Positions 47,958 through 58,878 of a stretch of DNA of 64,000 nucleotides are shown here, piece after piece. Position 1 is the first letter of the stretch. Every line of letters starts with the position of its first letter. The notes beneath the pieces were generated by a model. It had not been told where the DNA came from. It ran no database searches and saw only the letters and a list, made by a program, of their open reading frames with translations. Made by a program: the position numbers and the translations under genes. Source of the DNA: Alphaproteobacteria bacterium (GTDB lineage Bacteria; Pseudomonadota; Alphaproteobacteria; Bin95); the NCBI GenBank assembly GCA_965205265.1, contig CBDBGH010000003.1, positions 3,264,001 to 3,328,000 on the forward strand, written 5' to 3'.

Positions 47958-48946
47958 ATGCGCGTCGCGATAACCGGCGGCGCCGGCTTTATCGGCCGGC
48001 GGCTCGCGCTCCGGCTGCTGGAGGTGAATGCGCTGACGGACTCCGCCGGCCGGGAGCAGCCGGTCGAACGGATCGTCCTGTTCGACCGGGCCGCGCCCGA
48101 CCCGCGCCTGCTGCACGACCCGCGCGTCGAGGCCGTCATCGGCGATATCGGCGACCCGGAGCAGGTTGCGGCCGTCATCGCCCCGGACACGGGCGCCGTC
48201 TTCCACATGGCGGCGGTGGTGAGCGCCGGGGCGGAGGAGGATTTCGACCTCGGCATGACGGTCAACCTCCAGGGCACGATGAATGTGCTGGCCGCCGCGC
48301 GGAACCTGCCGGACCCGCCGCGCCTGGTGTTCGCAAGCTCGGTCGCGGTCTATGGCGGCGCCATGCCGGAGACGATCCCGGACGGGCTGATACTCAACCC
48401 GCAGACCTCCTACGGCGCGCAGAAGGCCATCGGGGAGTTGCTGGTGCAGGACTATGCGCGCAAGGGCTATGTGGACGGGCGGGCGCTGCGCTTCCCGACG
48501 GTCGTGGTGCGGCCCGGCAAGCCCAACAAGGCGGCCTCGACCTGGGCGAGCTCGATCATCCGCGAGCCGCTGCAGGGCGAGGAGGCCGTCTGCCCGGTAG
48601 AGCCGGACCAGGCGATGTATGTGCTCTCGCCGCGCAAGGTGGTGGACGCCGTGCTGAAGGCCGCCGCCCTGCCGCCGGAAGCCTGGGGCCCGGCCCGGAT
48701 GCTGGCGCTTCCGGGCCTCACCGTCACCGTGCGCGAGATGCTGGCGGCGCTTGCGGCCGTCGCCGGCGAGCGGGTGGCGGCGCGCGTCGCCTTCGAGCCC
48801 GACCCCTTCATCCAGCGGATCGTGAACGGCTGGCCCACCCGTTTCGACCCGGCGCGGGGCCGGGCGCTCGGCTTCGAGACCGACACGGACTTCGAGGAAA
48901 TCGTGCGCATCTTCATCGAGGACGAACTCGGCGGGAGCTTCGCGGC

Positions 48947-48950
<4 letters not shown>
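47958..48950 (+). CDS. NAD-dependent epimerase/dehydrogenase, D-erythronate dehydrogenase (DenD)-like
   Basis: ITGGAGFIG, AAVVSAGAE, YGAQK, RPGKPNKAAS...IIREPL. Confidence 0.85.
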
Positions 48951-50566
<1,616 letters not shown>

Positions 50567-50647
50567 ACAGTTACGCCCGGCGGCCTGCATCCCTATGCTC
50601 GCATCCAAGCCACTGAACCGACCGAAGACCGAAGAGAGGGACACCCG

Positions 50648-52300
50648 ATGAGCGAACTGACGGGTTCGGCGATCCTCGCCAAGGCGCTGCGCAGGCAGGG
50701 ATGCGACGAGATGTTTTTCCTGATGGGCGGCCCGATGCTGCTGGCGGAGACCGAATGCGCCAATGAAGGCATCCGCATGGTGGATGTGCGCCACGAGCAG
50801 GCCGCCGCGATGATGGCGCATGCCTATGCGCGGCTGCGCACGAAGCCCGCGGCCTGCATGGCGGCGTCGGGGCCGGGCGTCACCAACCTGGTCACCGGCC
50901 TCTGCAACGCGCTGGTCGATTGCACGCCGGTGGTCGCGGTCGGCGGCTGCTCGCCGCTGCGCCAGTTCGGCCAGGACGTCTTCCAGGAGATCGACCAGAT
51001 GCGGATCATGGAGGGCTGCGTGAAGTGGTCGGCCCGCGTGTACGACCCCCGCCGCATCCCGGAAATCGTCGATATCGCCTTCCAGCAGGCCATGGCCGGC
51101 AAGCCGGGGCCCGTCTATATCGATATGCCGGGCGACATCCTCTACACGAAAGTGCCCGAGGAGGAGATCAACTGGACGACTTCGGGCCGCCCGCTGCTCC
51201 GCAGCCGCCCGGCCGGCCAGCAGGACCTGATCGAGGAGACCGCCGCGATCCTGGCCAACGCGGAGCGCCCGGTGATGATCTCCGGCTCCGGCATCCTCTG
51301 GTCCGAGGCGTCCGAGGCGATGCACCGCTTCGTCGATGCGTCCGGCATCCCCTTCTACACCACGCCGCAGGGCCGGGGCGTCGTGCCGGAAGACCATCCC
51401 TGGCACTACGCCACCATGCGCTCGACCGCCTTCCGCGAGGCGGACTGCATCCTGATCCTCGGCACGCGGCTCAATTACATCGTCGGCCATGCCGCCCCGC
51501 CGCGCTTCAATGCCGATGCGCGCATCGTGCGCATCGACATCGACCAGACCGAGATCGCCCAGAGCCCGCGGCCCATCGACATCGGCATCGTCGCGGATGT
51601 GCGCACGGCGCTGGAGCAGCTGATGGAGGCCATCGACGGGCGCTTCGATGCCGACCGCTTCAAGGCCTGGCGCGACCGGCTGGCGGAGGGCGAGGCGGAA
51701 AAGCGCGCCCGTCCGGGCGGCAACGCCCAGTCCGACGAGGTGCCGATCCACCCGCTCCGGCTCTGCGAGGAAGTCAAGAACTTCATGAACCGGGACGCCA
51801 TCCTGGTGGTGGACGGGCAGGAGATCCTGAACTACGGGCGCCAGTCCATGCCGACCCACACGCCCGGCCACCGGCTGAACTCCGGCCCCTTCGGCACGAT
51901 GGGCGTGGGCCTGCCCTACGCCATCGGCGCCAAGGTCGCCAAGCCGGACAAGCAGGTCATCTGCGTGCATGGCGACGGCTCCATGGGCCTCAACGCCATG
52001 GAGCTCGAAGCCGCCCAGCGCCAGGGCATCCCGGTGCTGGTGGTCATCAGCTGCAATGGCGGCTGGACCGCCGATCCGGGCCGCGAAAAGATCGGCCGCG
52101 ACCTGGGCTATGTGCGCTTCGACAGGATCGCCGAGGCGCTCGGCTGCTATGGCGAGCAGGTCGAGGAACCGGACGGCATCCGCGCCGCGCTGGAGCGGGG
52201 CCAGGCGGAGGTGGACAAGGGCCGCGTCGCCGTCATCAATGTCGTGACGGACTACCGCGCCCGCGCCGGCACGGTCCAGTTCGCGCAATACTCGACCTGA
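50648..52300 (+). CDS. ThDP-dependent enzyme (2-hydroxyacyl-CoA lyase/oxalyl-CoA decarboxylase/ALS-like)
   Basis: VRHEQAA, SGPG, FQEID, GTMGVG, GDGSMG...N. Confidence 0.88.
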   Translation: MSELTGSAILAKALRRQGCDEMFFLMGGPMLLAETECANEGIRMVDVRHEQAAAMMAHAYARLRTKPAACMAASGPGVTNLVTGLCNALVDCTPVVAVGGCSPLRQFGQDVFQEIDQMRIMEGCVKWSARVYDPRRIPEIVDIAFQQAMAGKPGPVYIDMPGDILYTKVPEEEINWTTSGRPLLRSRPAGQQDLIEETAAILANAERPVMISGSGILWSEASEAMHRFVDASGIPFYTTPQGRGVVPEDHPWHYATMRSTAFREADCILILGTRLNYIVGHAAPPRFNADARIVRIDIDQTEIAQSPRPIDIGIVADVRTALEQLMEAIDGRFDADRFKAWRDRLAEGEAEKRARPGGNAQSDEVPIHPLRLCEEVKNFMNRDAILVVDGQEILNYGRQSMPTHTPGHRLNSGPFGTMGVGLPYAIGAKVAKPDKQVICVHGDGSMGLNAMELEAAQRQGIPVLVVISCNGGWTADPGREKIGRDLGYVRFDRIAEALGCYGEQVEEPDGIRAALERGQAEVDKGRVAVINVVTDYRARAGTVQFAQYST

Positions 52301-52304
52301 CCTG

Positions 52305-52925
52305 ATGGCGGGCGCAGCGCGGCGCGCGGTGCGGGCGGCTGCGGCGGCATTGGCTGCACTCTGCTTGGCCGCCGCCGCTCCGCCGCCGCCGTCATCGCCG
52401 CCATCTTCGCCGCCGCCGCTGGAAGCGCTGTTCGGCGGGCCGTTCGAGCTGACCGACCATAACGGCCGGACGGTGACGGACGGGACCTTCCGGGGCCGCT
52501 TCGCGCTCCTCTATTTCGGCTACACCTTCTGCCCCGACCTCTGCCCGACCAACCTGCTGACCATGGCGGAAGCGGTCGAGGCGCTGGGGCCGGAGGGCGA
52601 GCGGGTGCAGCCGCTCTTCGTCACCGTCGATCCCGAACGCGACGATCCGGCGGCGCTCGGGGACTATATGGCGCATTTCGGCCCGCGCTTCCTTGGGCTT
52701 CGCGGCACGCCCGCCCAGACCCGCGCCGTGCTGAAGACCTGGCGCATCCACCGCCGCAAGGTGCCGGCCGAGGCCGGGGCGAATGCCGACGACTATCTGG
52801 TGGACCATGCGACCCTCACCTTCCTGATGGGGCCGGACGGGAAGTTCCGCACGCTCTTCCCGCATGACACACCGGCAGAGAAAATGACGGCCACGCTCCG
52901 CCGTTACCTCGCCGCCGAACGGTAG
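52305..52925 (+). CDS. SCO1/SenC family copper chaperone
   Basis: FGYTFCPDLCP, VDPERD, YLVDH. Confidence 0.93.
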   Translation: MAGAARRAVRAAAAALAALCLAAAAPPPPSSPPSSPPPLEALFGGPFELTDHNGRTVTDGTFRGRFALLYFGYTFCPDLCPTNLLTMAEAVEALGPEGERVQPLFVTVDPERDDPAALGDYMAHFGPRFLGLRGTPAQTRAVLKTWRIHRRKVPAEAGANADDYLVDHATLTFLMGPDGKFRTLFPHDTPAEKMTATLRRYLAAER

Positions 52926-53017
52926 CGACACCGGAGCTCCCAGCGGCCCGCCGCGGACGAGGCGGGGCGGCCACAAATTATGTTCACAAGAAATCAGTAA
53001 TAATTCTGACAAGAATA

Positions 53018-53045
53018 TTGACATTCAAGAATCATAGGCTATATT
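53018..53045 (+). promoter_or_regulatory. Sigma70-like promoter of dispersed module copy 2
   Basis: TTGACA-N16-TATATT in an AT-rich tract. Confidence 0.6.
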
Positions 53046-53273
53046 GGCACGGAAGAAGGAAGGGGCCTCCGGAGGCTGCTTCGTCTCCTGCTTGCGCACC
53101 GGTGACGCCTGCTTGTCGTCGCTCCGGCCGGGGCGACGCAAAAAGAAAGCCGGGCGGCATTCTCCATGAGTCATAACCCGGCGCCGCTGGTATTTCGCGC
53201 AAATTGGGGTTCCGCCGCAGCCGGGCCGGTGATGGCCGGAAGAACGGAACGAAGACGGCTCGAAAGGAAGACC

Positions 53274-53335
53274 CATGCCCGAAACCACCATCGCCCATGC
53301 CCCGACCGCATGCGGACCATGACATCTCATGACAC
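53274..53335 (+). repeat. Dispersed CATGCCCGAA...GCATGC...(CATGACA)x2 element, copy 2
   Basis: Same motif spacing as 45589-45660. Confidence 0.7.
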
Positions 53336-53479
53336 GTCCGGGGGTGTCCCGGCAGCTCTGCGCACCCTGTCCGTCGGAATCCGGCCACGGGTCCCGAACG
53401 GAGACGTGAATTCGGCGCGCCTTGCCGCAGGCCGAGGACATGGCCAGAGTCGCCGCGCCGCGGCGGATGGGAGACGGCA

Positions 53480-54547
53480 GTGACGGACGATTTCGGAATC
53501 TGGGAAGTGGACGAGGAGACTAAGGCCTCTAAGCAGCTGGAGGAAGCCGAGCGCACCGGCACAGAAGCGGTGCTGGAGGACATCCTGGTCCAGAACCCGG
53601 CCATGCTTATGCCGGGCCTCAAGCTGGTCGGAAGGCAATTGCAGACCGCCAACGGGCCCTTGGACCTGCTGGGCGTCGATTCCGAAGGCCGGCTGGTGGT
53701 GTTCGAATTGAAGCGGGAGAAGCTGAGGCGGGAGGCGGTGGCGCAAGCAGTCGATTACGCCTCCTGGCTCGACTCGCTGGACGACGCCGAACTCCACAGG
53801 CTGATTGGCGACAACTCGGGCCGGGGCGGCATCCGCGAGATCGGGAATTTCGAGGAGTGGTACGAAAGCAACGACAATTGGGACTCGCTGGAATCGTTGA
53901 GACCGATCCGGATCGTTCTGGTGGGCCTCGGAGCGGACGAACCGGCGCGGCGTATGGCCGACTGGCTGGCGAGGAAAGGCGTTGAAATCGACCTGCTGAC
54001 ATTTCTCGGATTCCGCCATGGGAACCGGATGCTGCTCGCAAGGCAACTCGAAAGCGGCGAGTGGAAGCCGCCGCGTCCGCCAAGTCGGAAAGGGGAGGAG
54101 CGCCGGGAACACCTCAACAGGAAGCTCGACGAATACGGAATGCGCGATTGGTGGCAGGACGCTATCGCCGCGCTCGAACTCAACTCCCGACCTTCCTACA
54201 AAGCGAACCTGGGGATTACGTTTTACAGGCGCAATGCGCGCACATTGGCGACGGGTGAAAGACAGGCTGCATCTCACAAAATCGAGATTGCCGATCCGGG
54301 CGACATTCGCATCATCTTCTTCCCAGCAGCGGTCGAACTTTGCCTGAGCGAGTTTCAGGAATTGAAAGACGCAATTCGATTCGATTGCCGGCGGCCGATT
54401 AACACGTGGCCCACGGAACGGGCACCCGAGGAATGGTTCTGCCGTTTGGACGAAAGTGGATGGCGGGAGCACAAGGGCAGCATCGCGGAGCTTGTCCGCT
54501 TGGTGGACGAGCGGTGGCGCGCGGCGGCGGAGCAGCCGGCCTCGTGA
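53480..54547 (+). CDS. NucS-like PD-(D/E)xK endonuclease domain protein
   Basis: EAVLEDILVQNP, VGRQ, LDLLGVD, VFELK, QAVDY. Confidence 0.85.
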   Translation: MTDDFGIWEVDEETKASKQLEEAERTGTEAVLEDILVQNPAMLMPGLKLVGRQLQTANGPLDLLGVDSEGRLVVFELKREKLRREAVAQAVDYASWLDSLDDAELHRLIGDNSGRGGIREIGNFEEWYESNDNWDSLESLRPIRIVLVGLGADEPARRMADWLARKGVEIDLLTFLGFRHGNRMLLARQLESGEWKPPRPPSRKGEERREHLNRKLDEYGMRDWWQDAIAALELNSRPSYKANLGITFYRRNARTLATGERQAASHKIEIADPGDIRIIFFPAAVELCLSEFQELKDAIRFDCRRPINTWPTERAPEEWFCRLDESGWREHKGSIAELVRLVDERWRAAAEQPAS

Positions 54548-55761
54548 GCCGGTTCGATGTCATCGTGGTCGGCGGCGGGCTGGTCGGGGCGGCGGTGGCG
54601 CGGGCCTTCGCCTCGGCCGGGCTGGAGGTGGCGCTGGTGGACCGCGCCCCGGTGCAGACGGGCCAGGCCTTCGACGGGCGCACCACCGCCGTTTCGCACG
54701 CCTCCGTGCAGGTGCTGCGGGGCGTGGGCCTCTGGCCGGCCATTGCGGCGCATGCCGAGCCGATGGCGGACATCCGCATCACCGACGGCGCCGCGCCGGT
54801 CTTCCTCCACTACGACCACCGCGAGGTCGGGGACGAACCGTTCGGCTATATCGTGGAGAACCGGCTGATCCGCAGCGCGGCGGCGGCGCTGCTGGAGCGC
54901 ACGGCGAATGTCGCGGTCTTCGCTCCGGCCGCGGCGGAGAGGAGCGAGCGCGGCGGGGGCCTCGCCCGGCTGTTCCTCGAGGACGGGCGCGTTCTGGAAG
55001 CGCCGCTCATCGTTGCCGCCGACGGGCGCGGCTCGCCGCTCCGCCGCGAAGCGGGAATCGGGACGGTGGCATGGGCCTACGGGCAGAAGGCGCTGGTGCT
55101 GACCGTCGGCCATGAGGAACCGCACGGCAATGTCGCGCATGAGCGGTTCCTCGCCGGCGGGCCGTTCGCGATCCTGCCGATGACCGACGGCCCGGAGGGC
55201 GAACACCGCTCCTCCATCGTCTGGTCGGAACGCAGCGATTTGGCCGACGCCCTGCTCTCGCTCGACGACGCGCGCTTCCTCCAGGAGCTCGAATGGCGTT
55301 TCGGCGATTTCCTGGGCGCCATCCGGCTCATCGGCCCGCGCTGGTGCTGGCCGGTCGGGCTCGTGCTGGCGGAGCGCTTCTACGCCGACCGGCTGGCGCT
55401 GGCGGGCGATGCGGCCTGCGGCATCCACCCCATCGCCGGGCAGGGCTTCAATCTCGGCATTCGCGGCGTGGCCGCGCTTGCGGAATGCACGGTCGATGCG
55501 TTCCGCCTCGGCCTCGATATCGGCAGCCCGGCCGTGCTGGCGGAATACCAGCGCCGGCAACGGGCGGACAGCGTGTTGCTGGCGGGCATCACGGACGGGC
55601 TGAACCGGCTCTTCTCGAACGACATTGCGCCCGTGCAGGCCGCGCGGCAACTGGGCCTCGCGGCCGTCGGGCGGCTGCCGGGCCTCAAGCGCGCCTTCAT
55701 GCGCCACGCCATGGGCGTCGCCGGCACGCCGCCCCGCCTCGTCCGCGGCCAGCCGCTCTGA
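54544..55761 (+). CDS. UbiH/UbiL-family FAD-dependent ubiquinone hydroxylase
   Basis: VGGGLVG, AADGRGS.LR, YGQ, AHERF, LAGDAA..IHPIAGQGFNLG. Confidence 0.9.
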   Translation: MSRFDVIVVGGGLVGAAVARAFASAGLEVALVDRAPVQTGQAFDGRTTAVSHASVQVLRGVGLWPAIAAHAEPMADIRITDGAAPVFLHYDHREVGDEPFGYIVENRLIRSAAAALLERTANVAVFAPAAAERSERGGGLARLFLEDGRVLEAPLIVAADGRGSPLRREAGIGTVAWAYGQKALVLTVGHEEPHGNVAHERFLAGGPFAILPMTDGPEGEHRSSIVWSERSDLADALLSLDDARFLQELEWRFGDFLGAIRLIGPRWCWPVGLVLAERFYADRLALAGDAACGIHPIAGQGFNLGIRGVAALAECTVDAFRLGLDIGSPAVLAEYQRRQRADSVLLAGITDGLNRLFSNDIAPVQAARQLGLAAVGRLPGLKRAFMRHAMGVAGTPPRLVRGQPL

Positions 55762-55853
55762 CGCCGCATTGTGCGATGCAGGGCCGTAGCCGGCGCCGTC
55801 CCCTTCCGCTCGGCCGGAGGGGTTGGGGCAGAACACCGGCGACAGCATTGATT

Positions 55854-55988
55854 TGCCTATAATTTGACCACGGAAGCCAAGTCGCCCGATTCATGCCGTA
55901 ATTTTCATCGCGCGAGTGCCCGGGCTCTCAGCGCCCATGAAGAATTCTACATAAAATCAAATGATTGCGGATTTGGCCCGGTTCTTGT
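55854..55988 (+). promoter_or_regulatory. Putative NtrC site, IHF site and sigma54 promoter for glnK-amtB
   Basis: TGCCT-N7-GACCA (55854), AATCAA-N4-TTG (55955, IHF consensus), TGGCCCG-N4-TTGT (55974; -12 C deviates). Confidence 0.55.
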
Positions 55989-56001
55989 TCCGCACCCTTG
56001 A

Positions 56002-56379
<378 letters not shown>

Positions 56380-56394
56380 GCGGGAGACAGGGAC

Positions 56395-57738
56395 ATGCTT
56401 CGCATCATCACGGCCGCCGCGGCCCTCTTCGTCCTGGCAGCGCCGCCCGCCCATGCGGCGGTGGAAGGCGAGATCGCCTTCGTCTTCAACACCTTCTCCT
56501 TCCTGGTGCACGGCTTCCTGGTCATGCTGATGGCGGCCGGCTTCGCCATGCTCGAATCGGGCCTCGTGCGCACAAAGAACACCGCGGCGATCTGCCTGAA
56601 GAACATCGCGCTCTACTCCATCGCCGGCATCGTGTTCTACATCGTCGGCTACGCCGTGATGTACACGGATGTGAACGGCGGCTGGATCGGCACCTTCGAC
56701 TTCCTCTACAACCCGTCCGAGGCCGAGCTCGCGCTCCTCAACGCAGAGGACGCGACGGCCGGACAGGTCGCGGCCGTGGTCGAAGGCGGCTACTCGGTCA
56801 TGTCCGACTGGTTCTTCCAGATGGTGTTCGTGGCCACGGCCGCCTCCATCGTCTCGGGCACGCTGGCCGAGCGCATCCGCATCCTGCCCTTCCTGGTCTT
56901 CACGGTGCTGCTGTCGGCGCTGATCTACCCGATCCAGGCCTCCTGGGTCTGGGGCGGCGGCTGGCTCGCCGGGATGGGCTTCAGCGATTTTGCGGGCTCG
57001 ACGCTGGTGCATTCCACCGGGGGCTGGGCCGCGCTCGCAGGCGCTATCGTGCTGGGCGCGCGCAAGGGCAAATACGGGCCGGACGGCAGCATCAACCCGA
57101 TGCCGGGCGCGAACCTGCCGCTCGCCACGCTCGGCACCTTCATCCTCTGGTTCGGCTGGTTCGGCTTCAACGGCGGCTCGCAGCTGGCGCTCGGCTCCGC
57201 GCTCGACGCGGTGGCGATCTCCATCGTCTATGTGAACACCAACCTCGCCGCCGCAGCCGGCGTGATCGCGGCCATGGCGACGAGCTACGCCATGTACCGC
57301 AAGATCGACCTGACGCTGGCGCTGAACGGGGCCATAGCGGGCCTCGTCTCGATCACCGCCGGCCCCGACCTCCAGAACCATGTGCTGGCGCTCGTCATCG
57401 GCGGCATCGGCGGCATGCTCGTGGTCTATGCGGTTCCGGCCCTCGACCGGCTCAAGGTCGATGATGTGGTGGGCGCGATCTCGGCCCATCTGGTCGCCGG
57501 CATCTGGGGCACGCTCGCGGTCGGCATATTCGGCGGCGGCGACTTCGTCACCCAGCTCATCGGCGTGCTCGCCATCGGCGTCTTCGTCTTCTCCGTCTCG
57601 CTCGCGGCGTGGTTCGCGCTCAAGCTTGCGCTGGGCATCCGGGCCTCGGAAGAAGCGGAAGACGACGGCCTCGACAAGAGCGAGCTCGGCATGGAAGCCT
57701 ATCCCGAGTTCGGCCGGGGCTCCTCGCCGCTCTTCTAG
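56395..57738 (+). CDS. amtB: Ammonium transporter
   Basis: FFQMVF, DFAGSTLVHS.GG, LWFGWFGFNGGS, DDVVGAISAH (twin His intact). Confidence 0.96.
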   Translation: MLRIITAAAALFVLAAPPAHAAVEGEIAFVFNTFSFLVHGFLVMLMAAGFAMLESGLVRTKNTAAICLKNIALYSIAGIVFYIVGYAVMYTDVNGGWIGTFDFLYNPSEAELALLNAEDATAGQVAAVVEGGYSVMSDWFFQMVFVATAASIVSGTLAERIRILPFLVFTVLLSALIYPIQASWVWGGGWLAGMGFSDFAGSTLVHSTGGWAALAGAIVLGARKGKYGPDGSINPMPGANLPLATLGTFILWFGWFGFNGGSQLALGSALDAVAISIVYVNTNLAAAAGVIAAMATSYAMYRKIDLTLALNGAIAGLVSITAGPDLQNHVLALVIGGIGGMLVVYAVPALDRLKVDDVVGAISAHLVAGIWGTLAVGIFGGGDFVTQLIGVLAIGVFVFSVSLAAWFALKLALGIRASEEAEDDGLDKSELGMEAYPEFGRGSSPLF

Positions 57739-57762
57739 CGGCGGGCGCCTTCCCGCAACCGG

Positions 57763-57802
57763 CGGGCGCGCGGCCATCCGGGCCGCGCGCCCGTCTTGCT
57801 TT
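57763..57802 (+). terminator. Rho-independent terminator after amtB
   Basis: 13-bp perfect stem CGGGCGCGCGGCC/GGCCGCGCGCCCG followed by TCTTGCTTT. Confidence 0.75.
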
Positions 57803-57870
57803 CCGCATCGCGCTGCGGCCGGCGATTGCATGCTAAGGTGGGCCGGTCGCAAGCAATGAACGGTCGGGTC

Positions 57871-58638
57871 ATGCGCAATCGGGGTCATGCGGTCGGCTTC
57901 GTTCTGTCCTGTTGGCTGGCGGTGGCGCTGGCCATGCCCCTGGCGGGCGTTGCCGATGCGCGCTCCATGGACGAGGCGCAGGCGGCCTATGCCGAGGGAC
58001 GGTTCACGGACGCAGCCCGGATTGCCGAAAGCCTCGGAACCTCCCGGGGATTTGCGCTGGCGGCGCAGTCGTTGACGGTCCACGGCTACTTCATTGCCGC
58101 CAGCGGCGAGAAGGGGGGGCTGTTCGAGCGGGCGCTCGGGCTCGCGCAAAAGGCGGTCCGCGCCGATCCCGGCAATGCGGACGCCCATCTGCAACTGGCG
58201 CGCGCCACCGGCCGGCTTGCGCAGACCGTCGGCTCCTTCGAGGCGGCGGACAGGGGATATGCGGAGCAGATCCGCGAGGCGACGGAGGACGCGCTCCGGC
58301 TCGACCCCGGCATGGCCCAGGCCCATATAAGTCTTGCCCGGTGGCACACGGGCATAGTCGGCAAGGCGGGGGCGTTCCTGGCGCGCCTGACCTACGGCGC
58401 CCGCGAAAAGGATGCGATCGCTTCCCTGGATCGGGCCCTCGAGCTCGCGCCCGATGCGAAGGACGTGCCGCTTCAATACGCGCTCGGCCTGCTGGAGCTT
58501 GACGAGGACGAACATCGCGAGAAGGCGCGAAGCCTGCTGAAGCGGTCCATCGCGATACCGGCGAAGGACGCCTTCGAACGCCTGCTGGACAAGCTGGCGA
58601 GGGACCGCCTCAAGGCCCTGGAGGCGCCCGGCGGCTGA
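57871..58638 (+). CDS. Exported TPR-like helical protein
   Basis: Signal peptide; repeated A...DP..A.AH..LA helices; start uncertain. Confidence 0.75.
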   Translation: MRNRGHAVGFVLSCWLAVALAMPLAGVADARSMDEAQAAYAEGRFTDAARIAESLGTSRGFALAAQSLTVHGYFIAASGEKGGLFERALGLAQKAVRADPGNADAHLQLARATGRLAQTVGSFEAADRGYAEQIREATEDALRLDPGMAQAHISLARWHTGIVGKAGAFLARLTYGAREKDAIASLDRALELAPDAKDVPLQYALGLLELDEDEHREKARSLLKRSIAIPAKDAFERLLDKLARDRLKALEAPGG

Positions 58639-58878
58639 CGGTTCCGGCGGGCGGACGGGCCTGCCCGGACTTGACTGAGGCGGCCTCTGCCCCGATGCTA
58701 AAGGGGTGACAGTTCAACGACGTAAGGCAACCGCAATCTTCGGAGATGCGTTGGATTGCGGATTGGCGCCGGCGCCGGTTTTTCGCCTGTTCCCTGTCCG
58801 CCGCCCGCTTCCGAAATCGTCGCGCTGCAACGGCGCCGATGCCCTGCCGTCGAGCCAGCTGCAAGGAGGCCATGGTCG

